From Octopus sinensis (lineage: Eukaryota), in contig NC_043014.1 of NCBI RefSeq assembly GCF_006345805.1, forward strand, positions 17,236,001 through 17,300,000: 64,000 nt of DNA, read 5' to 3'. The translations under genes were made by a program, and so were the position numbers. The notes beneath the pieces were generated by a model that searched no databases, was not told the origin of the DNA, and was given only the letters and a program-made list of their open reading frames with translations. Of this stretch, positions 52,270-64,000 are shown piece after piece (position 1 is the first letter of the stretch; the number at the start of each line of letters is the position of its first letter).

Positions 52270-53245
52270 AAGGGAGGCAGCGTATTGTTCGAATAATTCC
52301 TTACTGGCGGACAGTGATGAAATCCGTTTTGATACGATATCTACGATAGAGTTTAGGACAGATGGCGTTGTGGTTGGAGGAAAAGTTGGCGTAGTTGAGG
52401 TCCTCCTTAAGTTTATGGCATGGGCAGAAAAGGTGACATCTAGGAAATTAGAAGTTTTAAGGCTGCTACAAAATGTGATGCAGAGGCCCACCTTTTTAAA
52501 AAGATGTCTTAGTCTTTTTCTAATCTGTTCGATTCGGCGGTTGCGAGAATCCCAAATGTCTCTATTGGCCCAGAATTACCCAGTTTCATCATATGTCGAC
52601 GGGCAGCAAGGATGATATCAATATCGTCACAAGAGAGGTTAGATCGTATCATTGCAAACATGAGGACTTTGTTGAGAAGGATAGGGGATACACTAGAGTA
52701 ATTTGGTCTATGTCGATCTGGATGAATTTAAAAGTATGTTTAGGGCTTTAGGAATTAAACCACTGGACGGCTTGAGTAATTTCAGTCCATAGGTGTAGAT
52801 GGGGGTATAATCCTGTCTGATGAAATCTTGCAAATCTTACCTATATCTGAACTGGAGGGGCAAAAGAGGCGAACGGAAGAGTTCTCGGCAAATTTTATTC
52901 TACGTTAATATGCAGTGAGCGAGTTAAGGAACGTCCGGTCCTATCTTTTAATGCGCGTTTAAAAACGAGATCACGATTCTTGATGTAAATGTCTTTTAGA
53001 ACGGAGACCGGTGCAATACGGTATCATTTATGTAGTTCTTTTGTATTAGCTCTCGGTATTTATCTAGAGGAGAATTATAAAGGTTGCCGGGCTTGGAAGA
53101 GAATTACAGAGTATTTTTGAAGACTCTTGAGGATATTATTGATTTTAGTTAGGTGGGATTTGATTGTTATTTTTCTGGGTTTAAAATTGATGTTCTAAAT
53201 CAGATTGGTAAGATGTTGCTCGAAATTATCTAGGTCACGCTTAGG
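52270..53245 (-). pseudogene. Degraded Penelope-like reverse transcriptase
   Basis: On minus: SSDIGKICK, FIQIDID, DIDIILAARR, LFKKVGLCIT, NFLDVTF, IVSKRISSLS; the catalytic DD region is deleted. Confidence 0.7.
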
Positions 53246-53261
53246 AGGTGCCTTGTTTACC

Positions 53262-53622
53262 AACTACATGGTTCCGGGTTCAGTCCCACTGCGTGGCACC
53301 TTGGGCAAGTGTCTTCTACTATAGCCTCGGGCCGACCAAAGCCTTGTGAGTGGATTTGGTAGACGGAAACTGAAAGAAGCCTGTCGTATATATGTATATA
53401 TATGCGTGTGTGTTTGTGTGTCTGTGTTTGTCCCCCTAGCATTGCTTGACAACCGATGCTGGTGTGTTTACGTCCCCGTTACTTAGCGGTTCGGCAAAAG
53501 AGACCGATAGAATAAGTACTGGGCTTACAAAAGAATGAGTCCCGGGGTCGAGTTGCTCGATTAAAGGCGGTGCTCCAGCATGGCCGCAGTCAAATGACTG
53601 AAACAAGTAAAAGAGAAAAGAG
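53262..53622 (+). mobile_element. SINE family A body and tail
   Basis: Matches family A from position ~36 onward. Confidence 0.92.
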
Positions 53623-55129
53623 TATAACAAAAGAGGCGTTGTATTTCCATGCAGAAAAGTATATAGGAAAATTTGTTGTTGAAGATGCCCCTAAATTTGA
53701 AAAAAAAACATGTAATTGTTTTTAAATAAATATATTTACATACCAAACTAGTTTCAACAATATTTTTTGTTTATCAATGTTAAAAATTTTAAATTATGAA
53801 TTAGAAAAACATGTTTTTATGTTTATAAGTTTCGGTAAAATGAAGTATGATTTTAAATGTTCATAAGTTTCAATAATATATAAAAAATGTGGATCATTTT
53901 GCTGAAATGCACAACATTCAATAGTGTTAGTAGTGATCGATAAGAAATGTGGATCATCAAAGTTTCGGCCATACTGAGTTAAGAGGGAGAAAAACAAGGG
54001 AGAAATGAAGATAGTGAAAAAAGGGTTTTTGTTTACAGTTTCTGTGATTCTCTTACCGACATGTGCAGGATCTTTTGCTTGTGAAGGCGTTTTACAGAAT
54101 CCGGTGTATTTACGATTTTTTTTTCCGTGAACGGATCTGATATTTGTTGATGTCTTATTTTTCTGGTGGTCAAGATTTTCATTCTGCCTGGTTGGCTTAC
54201 CTGTGGGGAACGGTCATCAGCCATTCCAGTTGCTTGATTCTCATAAAGGGTAATTTTGTTGTATTTGCTGAAGTTCGATTTTGATTGTAAGTCAAATTTC
54301 ATTGTTCTGGAGTTAGGTGACGTCAGCAACTGGTATGTGTATGGTGATATTATATGGCGATTCGGATTTGCGATTTCGAAACCCGCGTGGAAAACTGTTA
54401 CTAAAGCGTTTTGAATATCTGTTGTATCTCGTTTTTTTTTCTTTGTGCAGAAAGTGAGTCTTTTTCCTTTTTCGCTTCCGTGTTTAAACAGAGGTGAATA
54501 AGAGGGAATGAATTAAACGATATTCTATATTCCATAATACTACAATTGTTACTACATGATTTCACAACCATTGTACATGGTTCAGATGATGTAATTAATA
54601 AATTGCGTAATCCTTACCATCTATCAGAGGTGTAAAACATGCTTTTCAGGTGAGTATTTCCATAAGTCCTACGTTCCACCTTTAAGGAACTGTAGTGATG
54701 ACGCACGATGTAAATTACATCATCTCATCAAGAACTACGGATGTGATGTGTAGACACAATAGCATTGATATAAAATAAAGAAAGTCGCTGAAACCATTCT
54801 CTTATTCTTCATTAGGTATATATGTATATATGCAAGTATGTATGTATGTAGCAATATTCTCTCTTTTACTTGTGTTGTGTGGACGCCCCCAGACGATGAA
54901 GTAGGCTAGCTCAATACGTAGATATAGAGGGAGAAGTCTAGACGTCGAAGTAGAGTCGAGTTGAGTAGAGAATTTTGTAGTTGATAGGTGTTGTTTTTGA
55001 GGTCGAGTTGTTGAAGTTGAGTTGTATTTGTGAGTGGAACGTGAATTTATTGTTGATTGTTGCTGTTGTTGATACCGTTGTTAATATCGTTAAAGTTTTG
55101 TTCAGTTGATTTTTCCCATTGAGGAAAAT

Positions 55130-56325
55130 GGAGAAGGCACCAGCGGGCGGCCACAGCTGTGCAGCCGCAACTGGAGGAGAAGCGGGGAGAGAAACATTGG
55201 AGACTTTTGAAGTAGAGGTCGAGGCCAGGAGGATGAAGGCTGGCGAGAGGCTGCTGAGGGGGGAAGGCGAGAAGATAAAATTAACACCACCCGAAGAGCT
55301 AGTGAACAGCGTTATGAGGAGGACACTGACATATAGGACTGTGAGGGTCGCTACAGGAAGGATCGAGATAGCAACTGTGGAGGGGATCGAGAGGATGTTG
55401 GAAGGCATGAAAGGATGATAACCTTCGGAACAGGATGCAGGGAGTATGCAACTGTGGATGTGCGTTTCACATAGGAGGAGGAAGCGATGAGGCATGCTAC
55501 GGAGGTGGACCGCTCAGAAGAATGGATTCTTCTGCCATCCTGTTGCGGCGGACGTGTGGCGAGGGTTCGGGTGGGCCAGGTGCCCCCTGAGCTGGAGGAG
55601 GCATGGCTGATGACGGCCATTGTGTACAATATGGAGGACGAGGCTGGAATATTGAGGACCACCAGGGCAAACAAGCTGCTGGGGCTGTGGGTTGGAGCTA
55701 ACAATCCAGGCTAAAGTGGAGGACTTGAACGGAATGGCAGAGGAGATAGTGTTGCACTGGGAGTGAAGGTGGAAGGCGGGTCGCTTGTGTGTTTCGAGTG
55801 TGGCGAGGAGGGACACATGAAGGCGAGATGCCCATGGAGGGAGCAGAGAGAGAGACTGAAGAGGGTGTCGAGCAGCTATTGACAGTAGAGAATAATGAGA
55901 AAACAGCGGAAGGAGAATTCAAGCTAGTGGAAAGAAAAAGGAGGAGTAGTAGGGTAAGCCCGCCACCGACTAACTAGAAAAAGAAGAAAGAAGAGGTGGG
56001 AAAGAAAGAGATAACGAGAAAGAAAGATGATAAAAGTGAGGCGGAGAAGGAAAGTGAAAAAATAATTAAGAAGGTGTGTGACAATGAGTCAGAGAAGGAG
56101 GAAGCAAGTATGAAGATGACAGGTGAATTGACGGAAGATTCAAGAACTCAACTACAAGAGGGTGAGATGGAGAAACTGAAGACGGAGAAAGAGAAGGTCT
56201 CAGACTCAGAGAAGAGTATAGAGGAACCTATAATAGGAAAAGTAGTAAAAGAAGAAAGGAGAAGACCGAAAGGGGGTAAGAACAAGTGGAATTTTGTGAC
56301 GTATTCTAAGAACAAGGAAGTGTAG
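55130..56325 (+). pseudogene. Second Tx1-type ORF1 homolog without ORF2
   Basis: LTPPEELVNSVMRRTLTY, LLPSCCGGRVARVRVGQVPPEL, knuckle CFECGEEGHMKARC (~55790-55831), E/K-rich tail; no ORF2 downstream. Confidence 0.78.
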
Positions 56326-57714
56326 AAACAAATCGTAAAGTTCAGGCACATCATAAGGGTAAAGTTGTCCGATGACGTGTACCAAGAGAGTGTAAAGGTC
56401 ATTGTGGTCGATAGGGAAACCTATAAGAAACATAGAGATATGTGCGGGGATTGAATTGACCCGGCCAGAGCGTTGATGGCGTTCAACGTGATGCCCCCAG
56501 TAATTGATCTGTTAGAACTGGAGACGTATATGTGACGTTAAAGGTGAAAAAAAGGAAAAAAAAGAAAGGAAAACGTTTCATATTTGTGTCTTATTTCGCA
56601 AAGCGACTTTTCCGAAGGAAATGAAGTTATAACTAAGGTAGTATAAGTTACTTTTATTAAACGTAACTCGGCCGGGAACTTTATGATACCACTTCGTTTG
56701 ACCAAATTGCCCCAGCTGTAGCTCACTGTACAAATAGAAAATGACGACTACCAACTTCAGCACGTCATGTAATTGTAGAGTTTAAAATAACTCATGTTAT
56801 TGAATCAGTATCTCAAAAATGTGAGGATGAATATATAAGTTCTTTTCTTGAAGTGAGTATAACTCTGCATAAATATATATTTCATAATATACCCACCTAT
56901 AGACACAAATACAAACATAGATATTCACGTGCAATTGTACACTCATACACAAAATGTTAGACATTAATGCAGACACATAGAGACACAAACAATCATAGAC
57001 ACCTTCATAAACACTCTAACATGAAAATAGTAGCAGAATATAAGTTAGAGATAGAGAGAGAAAAAGGAAGATGAGAAGACATTCAGTTCCTAGAAAAAAT
57101 TCATAAATAAAATAATATCAAAAAACTTAACCAACTTACAAGAAGCTTAAACTTGGAAGGTTTTGAAAGGATCCTTGTGGGATGGTTCTGATCTGATTCT
57201 CTCTGAGAATTCTGAAACATAAAACACGGGTCAAAAGAAAGAGTATTAAAAAGATTTCTGATAAAATATTAAATCTTGTATCTTTAGAATCATATTAAGA
57301 AAAAGAGGACGGTGAAGGAGAGAATGGCAGAAATGATGTTGATGATGATGATGATGAGGGGGAGGAGGATGGCGATGTTGATTGTAAATGTTGTAATAAG
57401 GACGGTGAGGTGGATTCGGGGGATAATGATGATGATGATTATCGAGAACGACGAGAAAGGCTTCGATGAATTGGTGATGACGACGTTGATTTTTGCGATG
57501 ATTTCTTTATTACCCACCAGGGGGCGACATAGAACAAACAACACAATCACGAATGATTTACAACAATAAATGCGTTTTGGGGTCAATGGTGAATGATGGG
57601 ACAATTACAAGAACAAAATTTTTTTTTTTACAAAATGAAGTGGGGCGGGTCTACGCACCCCTCGCTCCCCGCCACGGCACTTAACCTTCTGTCTTTTTCT
57701 TTTTTTTTTACAAC

Positions 57715-60700
57715 CTATCTCGTATTTGCGAAGGACCTTTTACTCACCACATTTTTCCACCTTTCGTCAAACACTTTCTTGCTCAGGCTCCTCCTCTCTA
57801 GTTCTATGTGTCTTTTCAGGTGGAATTTAAAATATTCCACCAGACCTGAACCAGAGATGAAGTCGCCTGTTATTAACCCTTTCATCCTTGTCTTCCATAC
57901 TGCCTGTTTCGCAGTTGCAACCTCAGCGAGAAAACAAAACTTACCTTCTTTCGTTAAGAAATCTGGTGGGCTGATTTTTACAATAGATTCGGCTGATAGC
58001 TGTACTCTCCGTTCACCTGACATCAGTTGTTCGGCACAAACCCACATCTCTGCCACCTCCGAACACTGCACGATCGCGTGCGAGACGGTTTCCCGTTCTC
58101 GCCCACACCTCGCACAGGTTGGGCTGACTTGGCAAACGTGCCTTGCAAGCTTGTCCCGAACAGGTAAGGCTCCTCGGTAGCACTGCCAGGCCAAAGACTT
58201 CTGGAAATTCTCCAGGGTCTTCGGCCCGAATGTACGTTGGAACAGACTGGCCAGCTGATTATGTACGTTGGAACAGACTGGCCAGCTGATTATCGTCGAA
58301 ACCTAGGGTTTCCCCTAGCGTATCATCGTTACCGGCCTCTACAAACACAGCGGTAGAACCACTGCCGCAGGCATTGCCCGAGCGACGGAATAGTCGGAGT
58401 ACCTTGCGACACTCCGTGTACCACGTACCCAACTTTGATCTGTGATTATACCAGTCTTCCCGGCCACCGAAACTGGTGAACCTGGGGAACATCTGTTTCG
58501 ACAGCGGAGACCACACCCGTTCACCATCCAGATGGAGCCACAGGTGCCTTAGCCTCAGCGCATTTCTGCGCATCATTAGCCACGGCATCCCTAGTCCACC
58601 CTGTAACGGTTTTTGACAACAGACAGAGCGTCGCACAAGCGGTTTCGAGCCCTTCCACAAGAAGCGAAAGAGCTGTCTCTCCAACTTGCTCAACCACGAA
58701 TCCGGGCAAGGCACGACGGCAAGGCGGTAGGTGATCACCGATGCGATAAACACATTGGCTACCTCCGCCCTGCCTTTCAAGGATAGCCACCGCCAAGACC
58801 AAGTCTTGGCTATTGCAGCCACCTTGCTCGATACCACGCTCCAGTTCTTCTCTATTTGGAGGTCTGGACCGAACCGAACCCCGAGCAACTTAATCGGGCC
58901 CTCCGTCCAACGTCCCACGACGCTGTCTGGAGGCATCGACTTGCCTCTCCAGGTGCCGAGTTGCAAGCCGACCGACTTTTCACGATTAACTTTTGCTCCT
59001 GTCACCGTCTCGTACACCTCTATGGCCTTGCCTACTTTACGTAGGTGGTCCACTTCAGTCACGATGATAGTGATGTCATCCGCGTACGCCGAAACCGACA
59101 TATCACGTCCTGGTTGCCTCGGGATGCCGCTCAGTTTTCGCAGCAGCGGCTCCAGAGCCACTACATACAAAAGCGGGGAGAGCGGACATCCCTGGCGGAC
59201 CGAGCGCTTGACTTTGAACGGCTTAGAAAGAAAGCCGTTCACCTGAACAACCGAGTCGACATTGTCATACATTTCGATGATCCACCTGAGGAAGCCAAGA
59301 CCCAGGCCGAACTGAGCCAGAACAGACACCAGGTAGTGATGGTCGACCCTATCGAAAGCTTTTGACTGGTCTAAATGGACCACTGCCCCTCCCTTGCCGG
59401 GATCATTATTTATTCCCTCTAACGTGTATCTAATAAGATGGAGATTATCCTGAATGGCTCTGCCTGGTACGGTGCACGTTTGCGCTTTCCCAATCAGTCC
59501 ATTCGCGACACGCGCCAATCTGTTCGATAACACTTTGGCCAAAATCTTCAGCTCTGCGTTCAGCAGAGTGATGGGCCTGAAATTATCTATTACGTCCCCC
59601 TTGCTCTGGTCCTTCCTGATTAGCGTCACCACTCCCCGGCGCACAGATCTGGGAATGAACCCATTCTGCTGCCAGTTTGCGTAGACGCCCGTCAGTAAGT
59701 CCCCGAACAAGTCCGGCATACTTTTATAAAGCTCGTAGGGTAGACCATCCAGTCCCGGCGCCTTACCCGCACCGCAGTCCGCCATAGCCTCCATTACCTC
59801 CCCAGGTGTGATCGGCTCCTCACTACACTTCGCGTCCTGCTCCGAGAGGCGCGGCAGCCCGTCAAGGAGGTCCGTAAGGCCCCTCCCCCTATCCGGTCCG
59901 CCGCTCCCCCCAAAAAGCTGGGCGAAGTGGTCCTGAAAAGCTTGACACATCTCCTCGGGCTCGTCTGTCAACTTACCCTGTTGGTTCGCCAGAGATCGAA
60001 TTGTAGCATCATTGCCACGTTGGGCTTCCACCACTCGGGCCCATCCTGCAGCCTTGATTCCTTCGCTCCCCATTGTGCGTTGTCTAGCCCTGACAATGCA
60101 ACCCATGTGTTTGGCTTCGAGGTGCTGGTTAAGAACCAGTCTCTTGACCTTCACCTGGTCTGCATTGCCAGTTCGCATTGCTTCCTCTAAGTCCTTAACT
60201 AGTGTATTCGCCTTCCTAGCCTCTCTAGCTACGAGATTTGTACTATACCTAATGGACTCGTTTTTTATGGCTCGCTTGAGGGCATACCACCATTTGTTGT
60301 TAACAATGGAACCGGTCAAAGCCCTCTGGATCATTAACCTAATCCTGTCCCTGTACTCCTTAATCGCCAAAAGGGACGTATTAAGTTTCCAGTAACCAGG
60401 ACCTCTATTTATCTTATCTACGTCTAGCCTACAGGTGACCATCTTGTGGTCACTGTAGCTGACCATGTGGAGTTGTGGACTCTTAACTAGGTTCTTATCT
60501 ACCTTCCTAATTAATATCCTGTCTATGTATGACCTTAACGATCCGTCGCTTGTTGACCACGTCCACAGTGGAGCGTCCGGACGTTCCAGTCTATATGGGT
60601 CTACCAGCTCAAAACGTCTTAGTAGACTCAGGAAGCAAGCATTTCCTTTTCTATTTCTGTCTGTTTGCGAGCCTTCACAGTCTACCCGCACATCGCAGAT

Positions 60701-61117
60701 TGTGTTGAAGTCACCTAACATTACTACAGGGTACGATGTACTCAGAAACTTTTCCAGATTCCGAAAATAATCACTTTTCCCGTTTCCGGCGGGTGCGTAA
60801 ACCGCAACCAGCCTGATTGTCTTACGACTGCTGACGACCAGCCTACATTCCGGATCTGAAAAAATCAACTTTTTCTCAAAAACCCGGTTCTTTTTAACCA
60901 GGACCAACACCCCGCTTCCGCCGCACGACGGGTTCGGAGAGATAATACTCTCGTAACCGTTGAACAGCGGGAGCAGATCTCTTGGCCCCTTTAACCGGGT
61001 TTCTGTGGCAACAACAACATCTAAATCCCGTGACCTGATGTCGTTTAGGAGGCGCCCTTGCCTCCAGCTCGTCATCAGGCCACGCACATTTATGCATCCT
61101 ACACAAATACGAGACAT
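57715..61117 (-). pseudogene. LINE ORF2 (APE-RT-zinc finger) truncated at 952 aa by a 31-bp tandem duplication
   Basis: INVRGL, GDFN, SDH, DQSKAFDRV, RQGCPLSP, YADD; duplication 58230-58260/58261-58291 creates TAA; the zinc-finger C-terminus continues in another frame at 57715-58260. Confidence 0.93.
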
Positions 61118-61361
61118 AGCTTACCTTTTGCCGTGTTTCTTATTTTCCTGTTGCACCTGTGGGGAAGTCCGCCTTAAACAGTGTCTCGTCTAAGTCGTGT
61201 CGCGGACCAACTATGTCCCCTGGGTATTGGCTCTTTAGAATGTTTGAGTTCGTTACGTCTATTTTGAATACCTCTGTATTTTTTTATAATATCCGGTACG
61301 TCTCCATTCTTTCTGCGTTCGGTATTTTCATTAAGTCACTCATAAGACTGTCGTTTTTTTG

Positions 61362-62750
61362 TTAATTGAGATGAAAACATCCTCTATAATTCTTTTTTGG
61401 GGGCTTGTTGTGGGGGATGGGGAGGCAAAGGAGGACTGGGGGGAGTATGTAGGGGAGGAACACGGGGAGGTCGATGGGAGGGGGGAAATTGCTCGCCATC
61501 TCGGGATGGGGGTGGGGGTGGTTCACGTTGGGCTGGGGGGGTCTTTTCTTTTTTCCCTTTTTGTGGGGATCCGCAACTGGGTGGGGAAGGCTTCCCCCCT
61601 GTGTGCTTGTCTTCCCTGTCTGTGTCATGGGTGGGTTCGTGTCACTGTTCCTTCGCCTCTTCTTCCGTCTTATAGTTGTGAATGTTTCGTCCTCTTCCTC
61701 TTCTACTATCTTCTTTTTCTCTTCTTCCAATTTCTTCCTTTCTGCTTCCTCTTTCTTGCGAGTGGGGCATTCCGCTCGGATGTGGCCCTTTTCGCCACAC
61801 CCGTAGCATCTAGGCTTTCGCCCTTCCACCACCACCCGCAAGTTTACCTCCTCGTCAAACTCTATGTTCTCCGGCACCTCTTCTAGCGTTTCCGGTGCCG
61901 CCTGAATTAAAACTTGCAGAGTTTGCCCTTTCCAGTTTTCTTGTATCATTCTGGTAATATTGACCACGTTTATTTTGTTTTCCAGCCCCATCAATAGGGC
62001 TGGAATGAGGCACTTCACCTCAATTTCCGGCGGAATCTCTTCTATTCTTATGCGGGTTGTCCTCCTCCCCATATATGAAGGTAGTAGGGCCACTTCCGCC
62101 GTCTTTATCGGGCTTATTGAGTTCTTCCTGGCCTGGGCTTCCTCTTTAAAGTACACTACGATTGTAGCAAATTTCCTTCCCCAGGTCACATAGTCTATTT
62201 CTTTCCAAATAGGTTGCAGACATTTCTCAGCTTGATCCTTAGTGATTTTTTCGATCTTTTTCTCTTTTATATTGAACGATTTATATATAATCGTTCTCCT
62301 CTCTGTTGCACTCTTCAGTTCTTTTGGGAGGGTGGCCTTAATACTGTTTCCCTCCCTTGAGAACATTCCTTTGTACATGTTGAAGTCGATCTCCTCCATG
62401 GTGATTTCCTCGCTGTTCCTGCCCGCTGCGGCAGCAAAGTTGACCGTCTTTTTTGCTGGTGAACTATCACCGCTTACTTTGGACGCATCCATTACATTTG
62501 TTGTCTTTGTAGGTGAACCTACATTTGGAGGCAAACCTTCATTTGTTTTCTTTGTAGGCGAACCTACTTGTTTCGAAGGCAAACCTTCATTTGTTTTCTT
62601 TGTAGGCGAACCTACATTTGAAGGAAAACCTTCATTTGTTTTCTTTGTAGGCGATCCTACGTTAACTTTTTTCGAAGGCAAGCCTTCATTGGTTTTTGTT
62701 GCAGGCGAACCTACATTAACTTGTTTTGCAGTAATATTTTCTTTTTCCAT
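61362..62750 (-). CDS. LINE ORF1 protein (462 aa): N-terminal repeats, CCHC zinc knuckle
   Basis: Open frame; CYGCGEKGHIRAEC; basic RRKKRRR stretch. Confidence 0.9.
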   Translation of the reverse strand: MEKENITAKQVNVGSPATKTNEGLPSKKVNVGSPTKKTNEGFPSNVGSPTKKTNEGLPSKQVGSPTKKTNEGLPPNVGSPTKTTNVMDASKVSGDSSPAKKTVNFAAAAGRNSEEITMEEIDFNMYKGMFSREGNSIKATLPKELKSATERRTIIYKSFNIKEKKIEKITKDQAEKCLQPIWKEIDYVTWGRKFATIVVYFKEEAQARKNSISPIKTAEVALLPSYMGRRTTRIRIEEIPPEIEVKCLIPALLMGLENKINVVNITRMIQENWKGQTLQVLIQAAPETLEEVPENIEFDEEVNLRVVVEGRKPRCYGCGEKGHIRAECPTRKKEEAERKKLEEEKKKIVEEEEDETFTTIRRKKRRRNSDTNPPMTQTGKTSTQGGSLPHPVADPHKKGKKKRPPQPNVNHPHPHPEMASNFPPPIDLPVFLPYILPPVLLCLPIPHNKPPKKNYRGCFHLN

Positions 62751-63599
62751 TCTTAACGAGAATGAAAGGGATGGTTTTTTTTTTTTTGGGGGGGGGGGTT
62801 TAGTGTGTTACAACACACACACACAGCAGTTCCCCTCCTTATAGGAGGGGAATAACAATGTTCTTCTGGTTCAGAACCAGTTACTGTTCACAAACAGCTC
62901 TCAGGCAAAACAAGTCTTCAAACAACAATATTTTCAACAAGATAAATTCAAAAACTTACGATAAATTCAAAACTACCTCCACTCAAAAACGACGTTGATT
63001 TTTGCGATGTTCATAACAAAGGTGATGACGATCTTATAATAATTCTGCTTGTCATTATGTTAATTAGTCCATCGGTAACGCTTTCACGTGATTAGAGGAT
63101 AAGAGGGAAAGTGAAGTGTCCATGATATGAGGTTGATGGAACGTAACTGTAACGCTTTCACGTGATAGGTGAATGCAAAGAGAGACCAAGAGAAAGAAAA
63201 AGGAGAGAGAAAAAGAGGAAGAGGGCATGTGGTAGGGGGAACGTAATATTTATTACACGATGAAAAAGCAAGTTGAAGGTAGTGATATTGAGGAGGGTTA
63301 GGAATATAATTTAGGTAGAGGGGTGACGTTCTGATGGTGAAATTAAAGAAAAACATATATATGTATGTATGTGTGTGTGTGTGTATTAGTAGATAAAAAG
63401 GGAGGCTAAGAGAGATGGTGGTAGTGGTGGTGGGTGTGGTGGTAGTAAGTATTTTAAATCCCCTATCACTTAACGCATGATCAGAAATGCAATTCCATGA
63501 AATATTCACACTTATATACAGTGTCATATGTACGGTGTATATATATATTACAATTATATATATATTATAATGAAAGTACCAGGTGTGTAAATGTACAAT

Positions 63600-64000
63600 T
63601 GCGAAAGTGTGAACTACACTTCAGAAGAAGGGATTATATAAGGCGTTACAATTTTTCCACAATCAATGAAATAGCTGCACCGTGAAAACAGAGACATTCT
63701 TGTCTATCCATGGAATTCACCTGCTGAGTGAATCGCGTAGACATTGTGCCATCTAGTCCCAATGGGATATCCACTTCTATTCCCTCATGGAAAGTCTGGA
63801 TGGCACTGTGGGATTCTACATGTGGCGAAACGCAGAACATCCGCTCGCAGACGACTCACGATGTAATTTAGGGTTGCTGATTGCAGTACCTTGGGGACCA
63901 TCAGGCCCAGTTGCTCGTAGAGCAGTACAGGGGACATATGGACTACCTGCAGAGAGGAGCTGATGAGAATGTTGAGCCAGGAGCTGTCCTCGGAATATGC
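63600..64000 (+). pseudogene. Helitron Rep protein relic, runs off the window end
   Basis: RRYNFSTINEIAA, RDILVY, YPLLFPHGKSGWH, HQAQLLVEQYRGHMDYL, across frameshifts; these resemble Helitron Rep N-terminal motifs. Confidence 0.7.

Larger units (their letters stand above)
57501..62988 (-). mobile_element. Full-length Tx1/L1-type LINE (5488 bp) with 21-bp target-site duplication
   Basis: acgacgttgatttttgcgatg at 57480-57500 and 62989-63009; ORF1 and ORF2; 3' end ggtgggtaataaagaaat. Confidence 0.96.

Noticed and set aside
54033-54329. 98-aa minus-strand ORF
   Set aside because: No recognisable motif, splice signals or homolog in the window.
58731-60770. Plus-strand ORFs over the Tx1 ORF2 (and similar ORFs antisense to RTE/CR1)
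   Set aside because: Antisense shadows of TE coding regions.

Overview
AT-rich eukaryotic DNA that is almost entirely transposon-derived or microsatellite. The repeat families look cephalopod, probably octopus; this is inferred from SINE/LINE types, not proven. I find no complete host gene, only one probable internal coding exon on + (29151-29374), so the window is probably intronic to a large gene. Retroelements: (i) an RTE LINE family with a near-full-length copy (36.3-40.4 kb), two 5'-truncated copies and many 3'-tail fragments. Its RT carries an inserted PHD-type Cys4-His-Cys3 finger, and its 3'UTR repeat has expanded into a 4.4-kb satellite (23.5-27.9 kb). (ii) Several Penelope-like elements (GIY-YIG and RT remnants), plus type I hammerhead ribozyme motifs from at least three families (3123, 6711, 34305/34868, 40702/41640, and a fold-back at 13.1 kb). 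(iii) A full-length Tx1/L1-type LINE with a 21-bp TSD (57501-62988), whose ORF2 is broken by a 31-bp duplication; also a second Tx1 relic and two ORF1-only relatives. (iv) CR1 copies, a HERO-like RLE retroelement, three tRNA-derived SINE families (one shares its 3' end with the Tx1 LINEs), Helitron and Tc1/mariner remnants. Many fold-back palindromes occur, and insertions repeatedly sit in (TA)n tracts. One 100-N gap lies at 17867-17966. All alignments and folds were done by eye.
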